Of a stretch of DNA of 51,533 nucleotides, positions 34,855-44,200 are shown in pieces; the first letter of the stretch is position 1; each line of letters opens with the position of its first letter. The notes under the pieces are model-generated. The model had not been told where the DNA came from. It made no database searches and saw nothing but the letters and a program-made list of their open reading frames with translations. The stretch is from assembly GCA_022848805.1 (NCBI GenBank), contig JAJISI010000002.1, forward strand, positions 1 to 51,533, in the 5' to 3' direction. This DNA is from Thermoplasmatota archaeon (GTDB lineage: Archaea > Thermoplasmatota > Thermoplasmata > UBA10834). The position numbers and the translations under genes are program-made.

Positions 34855-36732
34855 TCACACCTCCTCCAAGGCCGCTTTGGCCTCCGCAAGCAGCTGCTGA
34901 TCCGTGTAGTGTGTCATGGTGATGGCATTCTCTGGGCAGGTGGCGCCGCAGCAACCACAGCCCTTGCACGCTGCGGCAATCACCTCGGTGACGCCCTCCT
35001 CGTTCTTCCTCAGGGCGCTGTACGGGCACGCTTCGACGCATGTCCCGCAGCCGCTGCATTTCGCCTCGTCGATTCTTGAAGTGAGCGCCTCGGCCTGGAC
35101 GAACCCGTTCGCAAGAGGTATCACTGCCCTCGAAGCAGCAGCAGCAGCTTGAGAGACGGCCTCCGTGATGTCGGCCGGTCCTCTGCAAGCCCCGCAGACG
35201 TACACTCCATCGGTCGCGAAGTCCACCGGTCTCAGTTTGACATGCGCCTCTTGGAAGAAGCCGTCTTGTCCGAGCGGGACCTTGAGCAGCTGCGATAGCG
35301 TGGCAGCGTCTGGCTGGGCCACGAGCGGAGTCGAGAGTATGACCAAGTCAACGGGCATCGTCCTCTCCATCTTCAGCGTCTCGTGGAAGTATCCGACTTC
35401 GAGCTTCCCGTCCTTGACGGATACCTTCGGAAGGTTGTCCGGCAGGTATCTGATGAACTTGACTCTCTTCTCCCTGGCTTTGTTGAACTCGAGCTCGTGT
35501 TCGACGCCGTACGCCATGACGTCCCTGTTGAACACCGTGACCTCGACACCACTGGACGGAGCAGCTGCCTCCTCACCGCCCTCATCCTCGTCACGCCGGC
35601 CTCTGCCCCGCCTTCTGCGCCTTCTTTCAGACCCCTCTTCCTCAGCCTTCTTCTCGGCGGTGGGTTCTTCCACGACCTCTCCCGTCTCTGCTGCCTTCTC
35701 CTCGGTCACGCCGAGCATGTTATCGCGGTTCTCGGCAATGTTCATCGCGCTCTTGATCGCGACGTTGCAGCAGATTCTGGAGCAGTACGAGACCGTCTGT
35801 CCTCTCGCACCAACGCACTGTATGAAAGCGACGCTTTTCAGCTTGGGCAGCTCCTTCTTGTTGCAGAGTTCCTCGAACTCTGTGGATGTTATGACGTTCG
35901 GGTGTTCCTTGTATCCGAACAGCCCCTCAGGTACCAGCGGCACCGCACCCGTGGCCACGATGATGGTGCCCACCTTGACTTCCTTCGCCTCAGCCCCATC
36001 CCCTCCTATGGAGACATCATAGTTGCCTATGAACCCCTCCACCGATGCGACGTGCGAGTTGAGGTGCTGGGTGATGTTCTTGTGTGCGTTCACCTTGTCG
36101 ATGAGAGGCTTGATCGTCTCGTTGGCGCTCTTGGTGGTCATCATGAGGCCGTGCAGGTTTTTCACGAACCCTCCGAGCTCCTGGTCCTTCTCGACGAGGT
36201 GCACCGGGAATTTCATGTTGGCGAGCGACAGCGCTGCCGTCATCCCGGACACGCCGCCTCCGACGACGAGCGCGGTGGGCGTGACATCGACCTTCGTCTC
36301 CTCCTGGGGTTCGAGGAACCGGGCTCTCGCAATACCCATCCTGACCAGGTCCTTCGCCTTCTGGGTCGCCTTCTCCTTCTCCTTCATGTGGACCCACGAG
36401 CAGTGCTCACGGATGTTGACAAAAGTGAACATGTACTTGTTCACGCCAGCAGCCTCGCATGTCCGCTGGAAGAGAGGTGCGTGTGTCCTGGGCGTGCAGC
36501 TCGACACGACGACTCTGTCGAGGTTGTGCTCCTTGATGCTGTCCTTGATGTTGTTGAGGCCGTCCTCGGCACATGTGTAGAGGTTGTCCGTCGCGTAGGC
36601 AACGTCCGGGAGGGTTGACGCATACTCGGTCACGGCCTTCACATCGACAAAGCCGCCTATGTTGGATCCACAGTGGCAGATGAATACTCCAATCCGTGGC
36701 TTCTCCTTCTCGGTGCTTGTGTTCTCGGGCAT
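34855..36732 (-). CDS. Short HdrA-family flavoprotein (half-B type: Cys domain + FAD module + C-terminal ferredoxin, no inserted ferredoxin) with a charged low-complexity insert
   Basis: PRIGVFICHCGSNIGG, VVGGGVSG, FIQCVGARG..CSRICC, CSGCGTCVEACP, CKGCGCCGATCP. It lacks DKTFPTxDC and the inserted CxxCxxCxxxC pair. The insert is EEKAAETGEVVEEPTAEKKAEEEGSERRRRRRGRGRRDEDEGGEE. Confidence 0.88.
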   Translation of the reverse strand: MPENTSTEKEKPRIGVFICHCGSNIGGFVDVKAVTEYASTLPDVAYATDNLYTCAEDGLNNIKDSIKEHNLDRVVVSSCTPRTHAPLFQRTCEAAGVNKYMFTFVNIREHCSWVHMKEKEKATQKAKDLVRMGIARARFLEPQEETKVDVTPTALVVGGGVSGMTAALSLANMKFPVHLVEKDQELGGFVKNLHGLMMTTKSANETIKPLIDKVNAHKNITQHLNSHVASVEGFIGNYDVSIGGDGAEAKEVKVGTIIVATGAVPLVPEGLFGYKEHPNVITSTEFEELCNKKELPKLKSVAFIQCVGARGQTVSYCSRICCNVAIKSAMNIAENRDNMLGVTEEKAAETGEVVEEPTAEKKAEEEGSERRRRRRGRGRRDEDEGGEEAAAPSSGVEVTVFNRDVMAYGVEHELEFNKAREKRVKFIRYLPDNLPKVSVKDGKLEVGYFHETLKMERTMPVDLVILSTPLVAQPDAATLSQLLKVPLGQDGFFQEAHVKLRPVDFATDGVYVCGACRGPADITEAVSQAAAAASRAVIPLANGFVQAEALTSRIDEAKCSGCGTCVEACPYSALRKNEEGVTEVIAAACKGCGCCGATCPENAITMTHYTDQQLLAEAKAALEEV

Positions 36733-36738
36733 GTCTGT

Positions 36739-39444
36739 TCACTCCCCTCCTGAATTGGCGAGGATCTCCGCTGCCTTGGCAGCCGCGCTCGATCCCTGGG
36801 CAACGGATTCCGGGATGTCGGCCGGTCCTGCGCAATATCCCGCGAGGTAGATTCCGGGCAGGCCACTCTTGCCGAAGCCCAGGATGCTATCGGGAGACTC
36901 GAAGAAGCCGAATTCCGTGAGCTTCAGCCCGAGCTTCTTCGCCAGTTCGACAGTGTCCTCCCTGGGGACGAGCGTCGTCGCGAGCACGACCGCGTCGAAC
37001 TCCTCTGATTGCTGCTTCCCCCCCACGTCGAAGACGACCACTGGATTGTTGGTCTCCGCGTTCTCCTGTACGGTTGCATCCGAGTTGATGTAGCTGACTC
37101 CGTAATCGCTCTTAGCCCTTTCAACGTACTCGTTGAACCCTTTCGCGCAGGCCCTCATGTCCTTGTAGAATATCGTGGAGTTGATGTCTTCGTAGTGTTC
37201 CCTGGCGAGCATAGCCTCTTTCGTGGCATGCATGCAGCACACTGAACAGCAATAGGGATGTCCCACCTGCGGGTTTCTCGATCCGACGCACTGGATGAAC
37301 GCCAGTTTCTTCGGATGCTCCCCATCGGATCGCCTCACGATGTGTCCTCCAGTGGGTCCTGAGGCGTTGATCATACGTTCATATTCCATCGCCGTGTAGA
37401 CGTTTGGGTACTTCTTGTAGCCGTACTCTGAGGCAGATGTCGGGTCCCACATATCGAAGCCAGTGGCGACTATGACCGCCGCCGGATTCAGCGTTACGAC
37501 CTGATCCTTCATGTTGTAGTCGATGGCGTCGGGGCCGCACGCAGTGGCGCACGCCTCGCACTGGGAGCACGGTCCGCAGTTCACGCATCGAGCCGCCTCC
37601 TTGAGCGCCTCCTCCTTGGTGAACACCTTCTCGACCTCCTCGAAAGAGGTCTTGCGCTTATCATCCGGAATGTGTTGCCTGAGGACACGCTCGCTCTTCG
37701 AGATATCTCCATCCATTCTCGCCTTGATGTCTTCGAGCGTGATCACATGCTCATTCTTCTCCTCTGGTTCCGGCTCGATGCTCTCACCGTTCAACGACTT
37801 CTCGATGTATCGAGCGGCTTTATTGCCCGCCGCGAACGCCTCGACAGCCGACGCGGGTCCTGAAACGGCATCTCCGCCTGCGAAGACGCCTGGGATGTTG
37901 GTGCTTAGGTTGCCGGGGTTGACCTCCAGGGTCTTCCACTTCGTGACCGCAAGGTCCTTCGAGCCAAGAGCGTCCAGGTCCGGCGCCTGGCTCACTGCTG
38001 GGATGACCGTGTCGACTTCGACGGTGAATTCCGACCCATCGACAGGCACTGGACGCGGACGGCCTGACTGGTCCGGCTCGCCGAGTTTCATCCTTATGCA
38101 CTCGATGGCCGTAATCTTGCCGTCCTTGCCCTGGATCTTGACCGGTGATGCCAAGAACTCGAACTTGACTCCTTCCTCTTCCGCTCCTTTGATCTCAGCT
38201 GCGATCGCGGGCATCTCGTCCTTCGTCCGGCGGTATATCACAGTCACATCGGAGCCCATGCGCAAGGCCGTTCTCGCGGCGTCCATCGCGGCGTTTCCCC
38301 CGCCTATGACTGCCACCTTCTTGCCGATCTTGACCGTCTCCTTGTCTGCGACCCTGTGAAGGAAGTCCACGCCATGGACAACCCCTTCCAGGTCCTCGCC
38401 CGGGACGCCCAGCTTGAGGCTCTTATGAGCCCCTATGGCCAGGAAGACGGCATCGTACTCTTTCTTCAGGTCCTCGAGCGCCAGATCCTTGCCGACGGTC
38501 TTGCCGTACTCGATCTCGATCCCGTGTGCCAACAGATGGTCCACCTCGGCGGTCAGCACATCCTTGGGAAGACGGTAGTCGGGGATGCCCCACCAGAGCA
38601 TCCCGCCGGGTTTCGATGTGGCCTCGAACATCTTAACCTTGAATCCTTTGAGCGCCAGACGGTAGGCTGCTGCCAGGCCGGCCGGGCCAGCTCCCACAAC
38701 CGCAACCTTCTCCTTCCGCTCCTCCTCGATTGGGGTCGGCACGTCCTCGCCCTGCTCGCGGACGTAGTCCCCGACGAAAGCCTTCAATCCCGCGATGGCT
38801 ACCGGTTCGTCGACGTCCGTTCTGTTGCAGCCCTCCTCGCAGGGGTGGTGGCATATGCGTCCACACACGGAGGGGAGCGGGATGGTCCTTCGTATCAGGT
38901 CCACCGCTTCCTTGAACTTCTCGGCTCGTATGAGTGCGACGTATCCCTGCGCGCTCAGGCCAGCCGGGCATTTGTCGGAACACGGCGCCACTCCTGCCCT
39001 GTCGATCGTTGCAGCTCTTGGCACTGATTGAAGGAACGGCACGTAGATCGCCGGCCTCTCCCTCATGCCCATATCGAATTCGTTCGGAAGGCTTACCGGG
39101 CACACCTTGAAACAGTCGCCACAGCCATTGCACTTCTCCTCGTCGACGAACCTGGCCTTCTTGAGCACATCAACCTTGAAATCACCGGCTTTCCCAGAGA
39201 TGTCCTTCACCTCTGAGTATGTCATCACATTGATACTGGGATGCGCGTAGCAGTCGGCCATCTTCGGCGCCAGGATGCAGATCGAGCAATCGTTCGTCGG
39301 GAAAGTCTTGTCCAACTGTGCCATTCTTCCGCCTATGCTGGGCAGTTTCTCGACAAGATCGACCTCGATCCCCCTCTCGGCTAGGTCCAAAGCAGCCTGT
39401 ATTCCGGCAATTCCGCCTCCGATTACCATTACGGATTTCGTCAA
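36739..39444 (-). CDS. HdrA-family flavoprotein (half-A type) with a nested GltD/NfnB-like NAD(P)H:FAD oxidoreductase module
   Basis: TTG start after GGGGGT. HdrA parts: [32 protein letters not shown] ... [15 protein letters not shown] ... GIYLAGYCAGPADIP. Inserted part (res ~150-620): CPAGLSAQGYVALIRAEKFKEAV..PSVCGRICHHPCEEGC, VAVVGAGPAGLAAA, VAVIGGGNAAMDAA, GVFAGGDA. Confidence 0.88.
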   Translation of the reverse strand: MTKSVMVIGGGIAGIQAALDLAERGIEVDLVEKLPSIGGRMAQLDKTFPTNDCSICILAPKMADCYAHPSINVMTYSEVKDISGKAGDFKVDVLKKARFVDEEKCNGCGDCFKVCPVSLPNEFDMGMRERPAIYVPFLQSVPRAATIDRAGVAPCSDKCPAGLSAQGYVALIRAEKFKEAVDLIRRTIPLPSVCGRICHHPCEEGCNRTDVDEPVAIAGLKAFVGDYVREQGEDVPTPIEEERKEKVAVVGAGPAGLAAAYRLALKGFKVKMFEATSKPGGMLWWGIPDYRLPKDVLTAEVDHLLAHGIEIEYGKTVGKDLALEDLKKEYDAVFLAIGAHKSLKLGVPGEDLEGVVHGVDFLHRVADKETVKIGKKVAVIGGGNAAMDAARTALRMGSDVTVIYRRTKDEMPAIAAEIKGAEEEGVKFEFLASPVKIQGKDGKITAIECIRMKLGEPDQSGRPRPVPVDGSEFTVEVDTVIPAVSQAPDLDALGSKDLAVTKWKTLEVNPGNLSTNIPGVFAGGDAVSGPASAVEAFAAGNKAARYIEKSLNGESIEPEPEEKNEHVITLEDIKARMDGDISKSERVLRQHIPDDKRKTSFEEVEKVFTKEEALKEAARCVNCGPCSQCEACATACGPDAIDYNMKDQVVTLNPAAVIVATGFDMWDPTSASEYGYKKYPNVYTAMEYERMINASGPTGGHIVRRSDGEHPKKLAFIQCVGSRNPQVGHPYCCSVCCMHATKEAMLAREHYEDINSTIFYKDMRACAKGFNEYVERAKSDYGVSYINSDATVQENAETNNPVVVFDVGGKQQSEEFDAVVLATTLVPREDTVELAKKLGLKLTEFGFFESPDSILGFGKSGLPGIYLAGYCAGPADIPESVAQGSSAAAKAAEILANSGGE

Positions 39445-39484
39445 TCAAAAACCCCCTTCAAGTCGCATGTTCATCACCGCGTTG

Positions 39485-39508
39485 CATTGTATGTACTACA
39501 GTACAATG
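39485..39508. promoter_or_regulatory. Near-perfect palindrome in the only sizeable gap inside the hdr block (candidate internal promoter/operator)
   Basis: CATTGTATGTA-C-TACA(G)TACAATG lies 41-64 nt upstream of the TTG start at 39444. That is where a TATA/BRE would be expected for a short SD-containing leader. Confidence 0.35.
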
Positions 39509-39604
39509 AACCCCTCTTGCCACTGCGGTATCGAATCCCCTCTCTTATGTGTTTCGTTGGGATATTGACGAATCTTGTGCGATTCACGCCTCCCGTACGA
39601 ACCA

Positions 39605-41206
39605 TCATTCCAACGCCTCCGCAATCGCAACACTCAGGTCCTTGATCTTAATGTCCACCTGCTCCTTCGGGACTCCCTCGAGTTTGTTGTCTCGTGTGCA
39701 AGCCAGATGGATCAGGCATTTGTAGCAGCCCGTGACCAAACAATCCGCCCCCGTCTTCTTCGCTTCCTTCAGCCTCTCCACCTGTATCTTTCTCGCGGTC
39801 TCGTCGCAGGTCGTCCACGCGCTCACGCCGCAGCAGAGCGCCTTGTCCCTGGTGTTCTCCATCTCGATTATCTCCGTACCCTCTGAGGCTTCGAGTGCGG
39901 CCCTCGGCGGGTCGTATATGTCGAGGTGCCGGCCAAGCCTGCATGAGTCCTGGAAGGTCAGCTTCCTGGCGCTTGGCTTGAGCTTCAACTTCCCCTCCTT
40001 CACCAGGTCGTCCACGAGCTCTGAGACATGCGTCAGCTCGAACTCGAAATCTCCCATGAAGTCCTGGTAGTCCATGTCGAAGGTCCTCATGCACTCGGGG
40101 CACGAGAACACAACCTTCTTCGCGCCAGAGGCCTTGATCAGGTCGACATTCTTCTTCATCAGCTTCTGGAGGCCCGCCTCGTCCCCCGTCCAGTTGAGGT
40201 CGTGCCCGCAGCAGACCTCGTCGTTGCTCACCACCGGGACAATTCCTGCCTTGTTCATTATCTTCACGACCGCCTGGGGTATACCTGACAGGTTGAGTTC
40301 CCTGTCGTTGAACAGCGCGTCGAAGTATGAGACGCAGCCCGTGAAGTAGAACACCTCGCCCTTCTCTGCGACCTTCAGCTCCTGTGTCAGCCACCCGAGC
40401 CTGTCCTGTTTGAAGTCGCCGTATGCTTGGACCCGCATGAGCCCCTGTATGATCCCACCCTGACTGCACGTCGGTGTGCTGTCCATCTTGACGGCCTCGG
40501 CCCGAAGACCCCTGATGAACCCAGAGTAGTCGACCTCGTACGGACACATGGAGTTGCACTGCTCGCATGTGATGCAGGTCCATATGTCCCCGCCCGTCGT
40601 GATCGCCTCCGTCTGCCCCTCCGTCGCCTTGAGGACTATCGTTCTCGGAGCGAAGTCCGGGTCATGCTTCGCGACAGGACACACGGTCGTGCACTTGCCG
40701 CATTCGACGCAGTCGAAGGCGCCGGTGTCCTCGATGAGTTGATCGACCTTCCGTTTCAAGCTGGCCGGATCGATGCTACCAGCTTTGGGCTGCTTCGGGA
40801 TGGGGTTGGGTCCGAGCTTCCTTATCTGCTCGGTAAACTCCTTCATCGTTGCGGCGAACTTCTGGCCTTCGGACGCGGATATCCACTCGAGGCGCATCCT
40901 GTCCCTGCCTATTCCGACGATGTCGAGCAGCTCCTGGGTCGTCTTCATCCGCTTCTCCGCTTCGACGTTGCCCGATATGTAGTGGCAGTCACCGATATGG
41001 CAGCCTGCGACCAGGACGCCGTCGGCTCCCAGCTCGAGCGCTTTGAGTATGAAGTACGGTTCCACCCGGCCGGAGCACATGACGCGTATGATGCGCGCGT
41101 TGGGCGGGTACTGCATCCTGCTGACGCCCGCGAGGTCAGCACCTGCGTACGAGCACCAGTTGCAGCAGAAGGCGACGATGTTCGGCTCGAACTCGTCCCC
41201 GCTCAT
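39605..41206 (-). CDS. MvhD-HdrC-HdrB triple-domain fusion (soluble HdrD-like CCG reductase with N-terminal MvhD)
   Basis: Res 1-~135 MvhD ([48 protein letters not shown]). Then 2x[4Fe-4S] ([24 protein letters not shown]). Then two CCG domains ([17 protein letters not shown] and [17 protein letters not shown]). Confidence 0.88.
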   Translation of the reverse strand: MSGDEFEPNIVAFCCNWCSYAGADLAGVSRMQYPPNARIIRVMCSGRVEPYFILKALELGADGVLVAGCHIGDCHYISGNVEAEKRMKTTQELLDIVGIGRDRMRLEWISASEGQKFAATMKEFTEQIRKLGPNPIPKQPKAGSIDPASLKRKVDQLIEDTGAFDCVECGKCTTVCPVAKHDPDFAPRTIVLKATEGQTEAITTGGDIWTCITCEQCNSMCPYEVDYSGFIRGLRAEAVKMDSTPTCSQGGIIQGLMRVQAYGDFKQDRLGWLTQELKVAEKGEVFYFTGCVSYFDALFNDRELNLSGIPQAVVKIMNKAGIVPVVSNDEVCCGHDLNWTGDEAGLQKLMKKNVDLIKASGAKKVVFSCPECMRTFDMDYQDFMGDFEFELTHVSELVDDLVKEGKLKLKPSARKLTFQDSCRLGRHLDIYDPPRAALEASEGTEIIEMENTRDKALCCGVSAWTTCDETARKIQVERLKEAKKTGADCLVTGCYKCLIHLACTRDNKLEGVPKEQVDIKIKDLSVAIAEALE

Positions 41207-44200
41207 GCCTTCGCCTCCCGTTCCTCGTCGTCATCTGCAAGCGCCGCCTCTATCATCGTGATTATCTGGTCGCTCCTGAAATGCTTGGACCGGATGGCCC
41301 TGGAACAACACTCGACCACACACGAACCGCAGCCTTTGCACAGCGCCTCGTTCACCTTCGACTTGAACACTCCGGGGGAGACCTCCTCGAGCCTCGGGGC
41401 GCCGTATTCGCAGAGGTCCACGCATCTCCCACAGCCGATGCATTTTTCCTCGTCGACCACGCTGACGACGCCCTCGCCCTCTATGAACGGCTTGGAGAGG
41501 ACCGTGTTGACCCTCGCGGCCGCGGCCAGCGCCTGCGAGATGCTCTCGTCGATCAGCCGCGGTGAGTGGGCTAGGCCGCAGAGGAATATGCCATCGGTCG
41601 CGAAGTCGACCGGCCTGAGCTTCATGTGCGCCTCGAGGAAGAACCCCTCCTCGTTCTGCGGTACCTTCAATTTCTGGGCTATGTCCTTGTTGTCGGGGTT
41701 AGGATGGACTGCGGCGTTCAGCACGACATAGTCCGGCCTGATCGTGATGGTCTCCTCTATGAACTTCTCGTCGATCTCGACGATTATGCCATCGCCGTCC
41801 GCTCTCACCTTGGGGGGCGATTCAGGGTCGTACCTTAGGAATCTCACCCCCTGACGGGCGGCCTCGTTGTAGTTCTCTTCTGCGAAGCCGAACGTGCGTA
41901 TGTCCCTGAACAGGATGTACACGCTCGTCTCGGGGTGCTCCTCTCGTATCTTGAGCGCGTTGGCCATCGCCGTGGAGCAGCATATCCTCGAGCAGTTCGG
42001 GTGCTCTTCGTTCCTCGAACCGACGCATTGAATTATTGCGACGGCCTTCGCGTCAAGCTCGCCCTTCGCCAGCATATCTCCCAGGTCGGTCTGTTTGATG
42101 ACCTTCGGGTGCTGGCCGCAGAGGTATTCCGTCGGTTCGTACTCCACCGCACCGGAGGCGACGACCACCGCTCCGTGTTTGATCTCTTCGCCGCCTTTCA
42201 GGGTGGTCTCGAAGTTGCCTATGTACCCTTTGACCTCCTCGACGGTCTCTCCGAGGTGTATCGTGACGTTCGTGTTGTCCTGCAAGTCCTTCTTGAGGTT
42301 TGCAAGGGTTTCCTGAGGGTTCACGCCTGCGAGCGTGTGGTGGATCCTCCTCATGTGCCCTCCCAACTCCTTCTCCTTTTCGACTATGTGTACCTCGTAT
42401 CCCGCCTTGGCTATCTCCAGCGCCGCGGTCATACCGCTCAACCCTCCGCCTATCACCAGTGCGGCCGGGGTGACCGGTATCTTCGGCTGAGGGAGCGGTT
42501 CGAGCATGGATGCCTTCGCGACTGCCATGCGCACGAGGTCCTTCGACTTCTCGGTGGCGGCCTCCGGTTCCAACCTGTGGACCCACGAGCATTGGTCCCG
42601 TATGTTCGCCATCTCGAAGAGATACTTGTTGAGCCCCGCCTCTCTGACGGTGTTCTGGAACAGCGGTTCGTGTGTCCTGGGCGTGCAGCTCGCGACGACC
42701 ACCCTGTTCAGGTCGTGCTCGTCGATCATCTCCTTGATCTTCTTCTGCGTGTCCTGAGAACAAGTGTACAGGTTTTCCTCCGCGTATACGACACCAGGGA
42801 GCTTGGAGGCGTACTCCATCACCCCAGGCACGTCTACGACGGATCCTATGTTGATCCCGCAATGGCAGACGAACACCCCTATCCTGGGTTCCTTGTCCGT
42901 CACGTCCTTCTCCTCGGGATACTCCTTCTTCGTGACCAGCTTGCCCCTCTCGTCTGAGAGCAAGGCGGCCGCCTTCCCTGCAGCTCCGCTTGCCTGAGCG
43001 ACAGAATCGGGTATGTCCTTCGGGCCGGAGAACGCCCCGCAGACGTAGATTCCTGGCACCGAAGTATCGACAGGCGCGAGCTCGTCGGTTTCGCAGAAGC
43101 CGAACTTGTTCATATTCATGCCAAGCGATTTCGCGAGCGCTTTCGAGGATTCCGGTGGCGTCGCCCCGGATGCCAGTACGACCATATCGAAAGTCTCATC
43201 TTCGATGTCAGCGCCATCTATGAAGCCGAGTACGAGGTCGCTCGTCCCGGGGTTCTCCTGGACCTTCGCGATCCTGTTGTTCCTGAACATCCTGACGCCG
43301 TACTCATCCTCCGCCCGGTGCAGATACTCCTCGAACTCCTTCCCGAAAGCTCTGGTATCCATGAAGAATATGGTCGTCTTGAGCCCCGGAACATGCTCCT
43401 GGGCGATGACCGCTTGCTTCAAGGCTGCCATACAGCAGTACGAGGAGCAGTAGGTGTTCGGCGTCTGTGCGTCCCTGGAGCCGACGCATTGTATGAACGC
43501 GATATTTTTCGGCACGTCCCCGTCCGAAGGCCTGATCACATGCCCCTCTGTAGGGCCTGACGCGCTCAACATCCTCTCGAACTCGATGTTGCTGAGCACG
43601 TTGGGGAACGTGCCATGACCGTACATCACCTTCTTTGAAGAGTTGTATACGTCGTAGCCTGGCGCGAGGATTATGGCGCCGACGTCTATGGTCTCTTCGA
43701 TATCTGGGTCCATGTCGTATTTGATGGCCTCAGCCTCGCAGAACTTCTCGCAGATGCCGCATCCGATGCACAGCCCTCTGTCGATGGTGTATATCAACGG
43801 GACTGCCTGCGGGAACGGTACATATATCGCCTTCGCGGGCGCCAGCTCCCTGTCGAATGCGCTGGACCACTCAATGGGACAGTGCTCCGCACACACGCCG
43901 CAGCCGGTGCACTTCTCCTCGACGATGTACCGTGAGTACTTGGCGAGTGTTACCTTGAAGTTCCCGGCCTGCCCCTCGACCTTCTTGAGAACGGAATAGG
44001 TGAGCATTGTGACATTCTCATGCCTGCCGGTCGCGACGAGCTTCGGGGACAGTATGCACATCGAGCAGTCGTTCGTCGGGAATGTCTTATCGAGCTGCGA
44101 CATAGTCCCTCCGATGCTCGGCGTCGTCTCCAGAAGATACACCTTGAACCCTGAATCCGCGAGATCCAGTGCGGCCTGCATCCCCGCCGGTCCGCCGCCG

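Noticed and set aside
39501-39508. The half-site GTACAAT (or its complement ATTGTAC) appears in three intergenic regions (39502-39508, 48532-48538, 14063-14069), hinting at a shared regulator motif.
   Set aside because: A 7-mer is expected by chance several times in about 100 kb of two-strand sequence. Only the 39485-39508 copy is part of an extended palindrome.
40427-41731. Long plus-strand ORFs opposite the hdr/mvh genes, including 40427-41731 (434 aa), 32653-33939 (428 aa), 35383-36618 (411 aa) and 29311-29994 (227 aa).
   Set aside because: They are antisense shadows of minus-strand genes with unmistakable family motifs. Their translations are Arg/Leu/Val/Asp-rich low-complexity strings with no recognisable motif or ribosome-binding site.
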